Shown here: positions 58,089 to 64,000 of the stretch, one piece after another
Numbering within the stretch: position 1 is the stretch's first letter
How the letters are laid out: every line of letters begins with the position of its first letter
Assembly (NCBI GenBank): GCA_030694465.1
Contig: JAUXYJ010000018.1
Span: forward strand, 6,355-70,354
DNA length: 64,000 bases
Reading direction: 5' to 3'
Source: Deltaproteobacteria bacterium
Lineage (GTDB): Bacteria > Myxococcota_A > Polyangia > Polyangiales > Ga0077539
Notes under the pieces: model-generated
What the model was told of the DNA's origin: nothing
Database searches by the model: none
The model's input: only the letters and a program-made list of their open reading frames with translations
Position numbers and translations under genes: made by a program

Positions 58089-58784
58089 TTGGTGTCGTTG
58101 CTCTATCGTCCTTCGCCGGTCCCGTTTGTTCCGCACGTGCCCGATTGGCGTCAGCCGCTGTATTTGCACTACAAACCGCTGATGCGCGTGCTGGCTCCGC
58201 GGCTGGCGACGCTGCACGGGCGCGTGGTCGATGTGGGCTGTGGGCTGCAGCCCTATCGTGCGCTTTTGTCCCCCGCGGTCACCGAGTACGTGGGCGTCGA
58301 CCGCGAGGGCCCGCTGTGTACACCCGATGTCGTGGGCTCGATCGAGTCGCTGCCCTTCGAAGCGCGCACGTTTGACGGGCTGATGAGCACGCAGGTGCTC
58401 GAGCATGTCACGCAGCCCCACGAGGCCCTGCGCGAGTGCGAGCGGGTGTTGCGCCCCGGAGCGCGCATGGTGCTCACGGTCCCGGGCGTGTGGCCCGCGC
58501 ACGAAATCCCGCATGATTACTGGAGATTTACGCGCTACGGGCTGCTCGATGCGCTCACGCGCGCGGGCTTTGAGCGCGTCGAGATTGAGCTCGCCGGAGG
58601 GCTCTGGGCCTCGGTGGGCCAGCTGATCAATCTTGAGCTTCAGCGTGGGCGCTGGCTGCGCGAGCTCGTCCCGCTGGTGAATCTTGGCGCGGGCTGGCTC
58701 GACAAGCGCGGCGCGACCGAAGAGCTCGCCCTCGCGTGGGTGGTCACCGCGCACACGGGCGAAGGCACGCGCGGCCCGCGATGA
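58089..58784 (+). CDS. class I SAM-dependent methyltransferase
   Basis: VVDVGCGLQPY, QVLEHV and LRPGARMVLTVP. Confidence 0.75.
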   Translation: MVSLLYRPSPVPFVPHVPDWRQPLYLHYKPLMRVLAPRLATLHGRVVDVGCGLQPYRALLSPAVTEYVGVDREGPLCTPDVVGSIESLPFEARTFDGLMSTQVLEHVTQPHEALRECERVLRPGARMVLTVPGVWPAHEIPHDYWRFTRYGLLDALTRAGFERVEIELAGGLWASVGQLINLELQRGRWLRELVPLVNLGAGWLDKRGATEELALAWVVTAHTGEGTRGPR

Positions 58785-60286
58785 GCGCTCCCGAGGCCCC
58801 CGAGGACGACGGCACCGCAGAAGAGCCCGCGGACGCCTCGATGCTCCAAAAAATCATCACCGAGACCAGCATTTTTGCTGCGCTCAGCGTGATCTCTTCG
58901 GTTCTCGCGTGGGCTGCAAATCTCTCGCTCGCGCGCTTGCTCTCGAAGCGCGATTTCGGAGTCTACGGGATCTGCACGTTCTTCTTGGGGCTGGGTTCGC
59001 TCTTGGGCGATGGGGGGCTCGCCGCGGCGCTCTTGCGACGCAAACAAGGGCTCGACCCGCTGGCCCTTCGCGCGGCGGCTACGTTTGCGGTGATGGTGGG
59101 TGTGGTGCTGTCGCTCGCGATGGCCCTGTGTGCGCCGTGGCTCGGGCCTGCGTATCACCTCACGCCGGCTGAGACCCGAGTGTTGCAGGTGATGTCGCCG
59201 CTGTATCTCGTGAGCGCGCTGCGCATGGTGCCCTACGTGCGCATGGAGCGCGCCCTGCGGTTCTCGTCCATCGCGCGCATTGAGCTCGCGGCCTCGCTGG
59301 TGCGCCATGTGCTCGCGATCGGCGTAGCGTTTACCCACGGCGGCGTGTGGGCCTTGGTCTGGTCCAACATCGCCTCGGCGCTGGTCCAGCTGGGCTTGGC
59401 TTACCGCAGCGCCCCCGGCTGGCCCGGCCTCCAGTGGCAATGGAAAGTTCTCCGCCCACTGCTCGGATTCGGCACCAAAGTCCAGTCCCTCGGCATGCTC
59501 GCGTTTGTCAAAGACAACATCTCGCGGGCTCTCTTGGGCAAAGCCTTTGGCCCAGCCTCGGTGGGCGTCTTTGACTTTGGCCTCGCGTACATCCAGCTCC
59601 CGGTGCTCGCGGTCAACAGCCTCGCGCGGGTGCAGCTTCCCATCTATGCGCGGCTCAACGCGCGTGACCCGGTGCTGTTCGCAGCAGTCCGAGGGGCGCT
59701 GCGGGTGGCGGGGTTGCTCGGGGTTCCGTCACTGATTTGCCTCGCGATCGCGTCGCCGTGGGTCATCCCTACGCTCTATGATCCCAAGTGGCTGCCCGCG
59801 TATCCGGTGATCTTGGGCCTCGTCGCCAACATGATCGCGGGCCTCGCCGCTTCGCCCTTGTTTGGGCTCATGCAGGGCCAAAACCAAGCGGGTCGCGCGA
59901 TCTTTGTCTTCGCCGGCTGGACCGCGGTCACCTGGATCTTGTCGCTCGTGAGCGTGTACGTACTCCCGCGGGACCTTGGTGCGATCGCGTGGATCTACAG
60001 CGCGGTCACCGTGGCCGTCGTCGCGGGGATGTTTGTGTGGGCCAAGAGGCTTCTCGGTCGCAGCTTGTTTGGAGCCGTGCGCGGGCCGCTCTTGGCCGGC
60101 GCGGCGTCCCTGGTGATGTCTTGGTTGCTTAGCCAATACACCGTGGGATGGTCTGCACACCCCTTGGCGCGTGCGGGCGCATCACTGAGCGCGTACATCA
60201 CAGCGTTGGTACTTCTCGAAGGCCGTGATGTACTGCGCGAGGCGCACCAGCTATTGCGCCGCAAGACACCGCCGGTCTCAACGTAG
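58781..60286 (+). CDS. polysaccharide flippase (MOP/Wzx family)
   Basis: ATG 58781 overlaps the upstream stop as ATGA. About 12-14 TM segments with a Wzx-like layout. Confidence 0.8.
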   Translation: MSAPEAPEDDGTAEEPADASMLQKIITETSIFAALSVISSVLAWAANLSLARLLSKRDFGVYGICTFFLGLGSLLGDGGLAAALLRRKQGLDPLALRAAATFAVMVGVVLSLAMALCAPWLGPAYHLTPAETRVLQVMSPLYLVSALRMVPYVRMERALRFSSIARIELAASLVRHVLAIGVAFTHGGVWALVWSNIASALVQLGLAYRSAPGWPGLQWQWKVLRPLLGFGTKVQSLGMLAFVKDNISRALLGKAFGPASVGVFDFGLAYIQLPVLAVNSLARVQLPIYARLNARDPVLFAAVRGALRVAGLLGVPSLICLAIASPWVIPTLYDPKWLPAYPVILGLVANMIAGLAASPLFGLMQGQNQAGRAIFVFAGWTAVTWILSLVSVYVLPRDLGAIAWIYSAVTVAVVAGMFVWAKRLLGRSLFGAVRGPLLAGAASLVMSWLLSQYTVGWSAHPLARAGASLSAYITALVLLEGRDVLREAHQLLRRKTPPVST

Positions 60287-60323
60287 ACTCCAACACTCTT
60301 CGGATCTCACCGTACGCCGCCCG

Positions 60324-61721
60324 ATGCGACTTGGTTATTTCAGCACGTTCTTGGCTACCACGATCGCGAGCGTCACGCTGACGCTCTGCGCGCGCGACGT
60401 CTGTGCGCAGCCGCTTCGCGTCGCTGTGGGCCCCGTGAGCGGCCCGCAAGGCGACGAGGTGGCCGAGCGCCTAGGGTCAATCCTTGAGCTTCACACTGGA
60501 GAAGTGCAGGCGATTCCTGCAAGTACGTACTACGGAGTGGCCTCGCGCCTAGGCGTGGTCTCACGCATCGGCGAGTCGGATTTGGCCTCGGTCGCGCACG
60601 AGCTTCGGCTCGACGCGATCATCGTGGGGGAGCTCACGCGCCGAGGCCGTGCCTACGGGATGCGCCTGCGAATCGCGCGGGGACGCGACGGGGTGATCAT
60701 CGGCACGGTCAACCTTGAGCTCGGTCACATCAACGATTTAGACAGGCTTGAGCCAGACCTCTGGCAAGAGCTCCGCACGCACTTTCTCGCCGCCGCGCCC
60801 GAACGAGCAGGGCGAAATCCCAGCAATTCTTCAGGGCAGAATCCCAACACGTCCAACACCACTACGTCTAATCCTAGCTCCGGCAGCACGGGGGACCCCA
60901 ACACGGGGACTCCTCCCGAGACCGGACCCAGTGCGGTGACCCCGACGATCACGCCGACCACCGCGGGCCTTGGATTTGTGCAGCTAGGATTGACTGCGGG
61001 CTTGTCAGGGCGCTCGTGGCGCATGCCCGTTTTGGGCGAGAGCACGCCTCGCAGCTACGACAACCCGGGCTTCTTCGAGGGACGCATCGAGGCACGCGCT
61101 TACTACCGCGCACAACACGATCGTCTCGGGATCGGCGCATACGCGACAGGCGCGATGCCCCTGGTGATTTCCTCGCGAGGGACGAGCACCGAGGGGACCT
61201 CGATCGCGCTGCAGACCACCGCGTACGACGTGGGCGGGGGCCTGGCGCTCGCGTACCTCCCGCCCGGCGGCGGAGCGTTTCGCGGTGAGCTCGGCTTCGC
61301 GCTGCACTCGTTTGACATCAACACGTCACGATTGCCCGCCGGCAGCCAGCTCGCCCGCATGAGCTACCTCGGAGGCCGCGCGCGTGGCGAAGGCGCCGTG
61401 CCGATCGTTGCAAACGCAAGCATTCAGTTCTCGGTCTTGTTTGCTGCCGAGGCACGGGTCACCTCGGTTGGCGCCGAGGCGCGCGCGGCGTTTGGCGACA
61501 ACGCGCTCTTGTGCTGGGGCATCGGCGGCGCAGGCGGCTTCGAACTGCGATTTGACGGCGCCGTCCCGGGTCTGGCCGTGCGCGCGACGGCTGAATGGCT
61601 GCGCTATCGCACGTCGTTTGCGGGCCGCGGACAGCTCGGCACCGGGAGCGACTCGGTCGATGACTACACCAGAATCCACGCGGGGATTAGCTACGCGTTT
61701 GGTGTCCGCGCTGGGCAGTGA
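60324..61721 (+). CDS. putative outer-membrane protein (signal peptide, soluble N-domain, Asn/Ser/Thr/Pro linker, beta-barrel-like C-terminal half)
   Basis: Signal peptide from the internal ATG 60324. The C-terminal half has alternating hydrophobic beta-strand-like segments and ends ...ISYAFGVRAGQ. Confidence 0.5.
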   Translation: MRLGYFSTFLATTIASVTLTLCARDVCAQPLRVAVGPVSGPQGDEVAERLGSILELHTGEVQAIPASTYYGVASRLGVVSRIGESDLASVAHELRLDAIIVGELTRRGRAYGMRLRIARGRDGVIIGTVNLELGHINDLDRLEPDLWQELRTHFLAAAPERAGRNPSNSSGQNPNTSNTTTSNPSSGSTGDPNTGTPPETGPSAVTPTITPTTAGLGFVQLGLTAGLSGRSWRMPVLGESTPRSYDNPGFFEGRIEARAYYRAQHDRLGIGAYATGAMPLVISSRGTSTEGTSIALQTTAYDVGGGLALAYLPPGGGAFRGELGFALHSFDINTSRLPAGSQLARMSYLGGRARGEGAVPIVANASIQFSVLFAAEARVTSVGAEARAAFGDNALLCWGIGGAGGFELRFDGAVPGLAVRATAEWLRYRTSFAGRGQLGTGSDSVDDYTRIHAGISYAFGVRAGQ

Positions 61722-61723
61722 GC

Positions 61724-61747
61724 CACGCGGAGGGCGTGCGCTTTTTT
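61724..61747 (+). terminator. weak intrinsic terminator candidate
   Basis: CACGC-GGAGG-GCGTG (5-bp stem) three nt after the stop, followed by CGC TTTTTT. Confidence 0.3.
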
Positions 61748-61823
61748 GCGAGAATGCTGCGGTCTGGCGCCAATGGCCTCTGGTGTTGTGCGCGCAATAG
61801 CGTTACGCAGGCGAGCAACGAAC

Positions 61824-64000
61824 ATGTCACAGAGACCCATGACTGCAGACGCATTGCGCCGGGCTTTTCTCACGTTCTTTGAAGGCAAAGGGCACACCGT
61901 GGTGGCCTCAAGCGGCGTGGTCCCGCGGGGCGACGCGACGCTGCTCTTTGCCAACGCAGGGATGGTGCAGTTCAAAGACGTCTTTACGGGCAAAGACAAG
62001 CGCTCGTACACGCGCGCGGCCACCGCACAGAAGTGCATCCGGATGTCCGGCAAGCACAACGACCTCGAGAACGTGGGCCGCACCGCGCGCCACCACACCT
62101 TCTTCGAGATGCTCGGAAACTTCTCGTTTGGTGACTACTTCAAGCGCGATGCGATCACGTATGCGTGGGAATTTCTCACGCAAGTGTGCGGTATCCCCAA
62201 AGAGCGCTTGGTGGTCTCGGTCTTTGGTGGCGAAGACGGTCTCCCTGCGGACGACGAAGCGCGCGCGATCTGGAAAGAGGTCACAGGCTTCGGGGATGAC
62301 CGGATTTTTGGGCTCGGCAAAGCGGACAACTTCTGGAGCATGGGTGACACCGGGCCCTGCGGCCCTTGCACCGAGATCCACTACGCGATGGGCGACGCGA
62401 CGCTCGATCCCGCGCAATTTGGCCAAGAACCCGGCCCCGACGGCGTGGGCTGGGTCGAGATCTGGAACAACGTCTTCATGCAATTCGATCGCGCTGCCGA
62501 CGGCACGCTCACCCCGCTGCCGAGCCCCTGCGTGGACACCGGCATGGGCCTTGAGCGTCTCTGTGCGGTCATGCAGAACGTGACGAGCAACTACGACACG
62601 GACCTGCTGCGTCCCCTCGCCGAGCTCGCAGGCGAGCTTGCTGGCAAAGCCTACACGGCCACCGCGAGCGAAGACAATGTGTCCATGCGCGTGATGGCGG
62701 ACCACGCACGATTGACTGCGATTTGCCTCAGCGAAGGGGTTACGCCCTCCAACGAGGGCCGAGGCAGCGCGCTGCGCTCGGTCATGCGCCGCGCGATCAG
62801 GCATGCCAAGAAGCTCGGCCTCGAAGAGCAGGTGTTCTACCGCGTGTGTGACCGTGTCGTGGACATGCTCGGCGAGAGCTACCCTTCGCTTCGCGATCGT
62901 CGCGCGTTCATCGAGCAGCAAGTGCGCGCAGAAGAGCAGCTCTTTCGCGAGAAGCTCCCGCTGGGCTTGGCGCTCATCGCTGAATTTTCGCAGTGGCGTG
63001 TCGAGGGCACTGTGCGCACGATGCCCGGTGATTTTGCTCACAAACTCTACGCGACGTATGGGTTTCCGCTGGACCTCACCGAGGTGATCGGCCAAGAGCA
63101 GGGCTTTGTCATCGATCACGCCGAGTTTGCAGCGGCCAAAGAGTCCCACGCCGAGGTCTCGAAGGGCACCAAAGGCTCGATCGCCAAGGGCACCGAAGAG
63201 GTCTTCAAGCAAGCGCGCCTCGCGCTCACATCGCCGGTGACCTTCACGGGCTACGACTCCGAAGAGGCTCAGTCATCGCTAACCCAGGTGATCGTAAACG
63301 GTGAGCTCGTTTCCAGCGCAAACGAGGGCGACGCCGTGATCTTTGTGACCCGCGAGACGCCCTTCTATGGCGAATCGGGTGGCCAGGTCGGCGATGTCGG
63401 GAGCGCAGAGACTCTCTTGGGTCGCGTGACCATCACTGACACTCAGAAGCCCGTCGAGGGGCTCACCGTTCACGTCGGCGTAGTCACGCACGGCTGCGTC
63501 ACGGTGGGCGAGACCGTGACCCTCCGCGTGGATCACAGCGCGCGAAGCGCCACCCGTCGCAATCACTCAGCGACGCACTTGCTGCACTGGGCCCTGCGTA
63601 AGGTGCTCGGCAGCTCGGCGACCCAGCGCGGATCCAAAGTGGGCCCAGACACGCTGCGCTTTGACTACGCGACCGACCGCGCGCTTACGCTCGATGAGCA
63701 GCGCGAGATCGAGGACCTGGTCAACGCGGATATCCTTGCGAATTTGCCGGTGACTACCGCAGTGACCTCCCAAGACGAGGCGCGCAAATCGGGCGCCATG
63801 ATGATTTTCGAAGAGAACTACGGCGACGTCGTCCGCATGCTGCACATCGGCAGCGAGTCCATTGAGCTCTGTGGCGGGACGCACGCGTCTCGCACGGGAG
63901 ACATTGGGCTCTTTAAGCTCGTCAGCGATGAGCCTCTGGGTCGTGGAGTGCGTCGTGTGATGGGTGTCACTGGGCTCAACGCCCTCGCGCTCTTGCGAGA
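61824..64000 (+). CDS. alaS: alanine--tRNA ligase, 3' end beyond the window
   Basis: FL.FF..KGH, LLF.NAGM.QFK, KHNDLENVGRTARHHTFFEMLGNFSFGDYFK and HSATHLLH.ALR.VLG. The frame stays open to the window end, which is why it is absent from the ORF track. Confidence 0.95.
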   Translation, partial: MSQRPMTADALRRAFLTFFEGKGHTVVASSGVVPRGDATLLFANAGMVQFKDVFTGKDKRSYTRAATAQKCIRMSGKHNDLENVGRTARHHTFFEMLGNFSFGDYFKRDAITYAWEFLTQVCGIPKERLVVSVFGGEDGLPADDEARAIWKEVTGFGDDRIFGLGKADNFWSMGDTGPCGPCTEIHYAMGDATLDPAQFGQEPGPDGVGWVEIWNNVFMQFDRAADGTLTPLPSPCVDTGMGLERLCAVMQNVTSNYDTDLLRPLAELAGELAGKAYTATASEDNVSMRVMADHARLTAICLSEGVTPSNEGRGSALRSVMRRAIRHAKKLGLEEQVFYRVCDRVVDMLGESYPSLRDRRAFIEQQVRAEEQLFREKLPLGLALIAEFSQWRVEGTVRTMPGDFAHKLYATYGFPLDLTEVIGQEQGFVIDHAEFAAAKESHAEVSKGTKGSIAKGTEEVFKQARLALTSPVTFTGYDSEEAQSSLTQVIVNGELVSSANEGDAVIFVTRETPFYGESGGQVGDVGSAETLLGRVTITDTQKPVEGLTVHVGVVTHGCVTVGETVTLRVDHSARSATRRNHSATHLLHWALRKVLGSSATQRGSKVGPDTLRFDYATDRALTLDEQREIEDLVNADILANLPVTTAVTSQDEARKSGAMMIFEENYGDVVRMLHIGSESIELCGGTHASRTGDIGLFKLVSDEPLGRGVRRVMGVTGLNALALLR

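Noticed and set aside
61908-63212. 434-aa minus-strand ORF and 234-aa plus-strand ORF (61879-62583)
   Set aside because: Both overlap alaS, whose frame carries unmistakable AlaRS motifs and stays open to the window end. They are shadow or off-frame ORFs.

Overview
High-G+C bacterial chromosomal segment. The gene content looks like Myxococcota (inference): sigma-54, FHA-GGDEF, a Hanks-type Ser/Thr kinase, and many secreted Cys-rich, FG-GAP, VWA and PPC lipoproteins. About 50 protein genes can be supported. Recognisable housekeeping genes are bpt, a PBP transpeptidase, hppD, argH, rpoN, murJ, engB, eno, hpf, ptsN, gyrA, aat, proS, an A-type Fe-S carrier and alaS (cut by the window end). A polysaccharide cluster sits at 54.8-61.7 kb (2 glycosyltransferases, 2 methyltransferases, a flippase, a putative outer-membrane protein). 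The first 3.7 kb differs from the rest. From about nt 300 the G+C content drops, and the block ends at a 48-nt tRNA-Phe 3' fragment that looks like an att scar. This block holds my top candidate for an undescribed system: a translationally coupled three-gene operon (367-2698, minus strand) encoding an MNT-like nucleotidyltransferase plus 438-aa and 147-aa unknowns. It also holds a 26-codon hydrophobic peptide gene with a strong SD, a 5' hairpin and a terminator, which resembles a type I toxin. The second candidate is an orphan NrdG-like radical SAM activase, translationally coupled to a small membrane protein and a 389-aa unknown (48.6-50.9 kb). Other oddities are two insertions in RpoN (one an internal duplication), rpoN separated from hpf-ptsN, a 9-nt coding tandem repeat, and a 52-aa-period Cys-rich module array. 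I saw no rRNA, intact tRNA, CRISPR, integrase or transposase. Many long ORFs in the track are antisense shadows typical of high-G+C DNA. All family assignments are motif-level calls from memory, not database searches.
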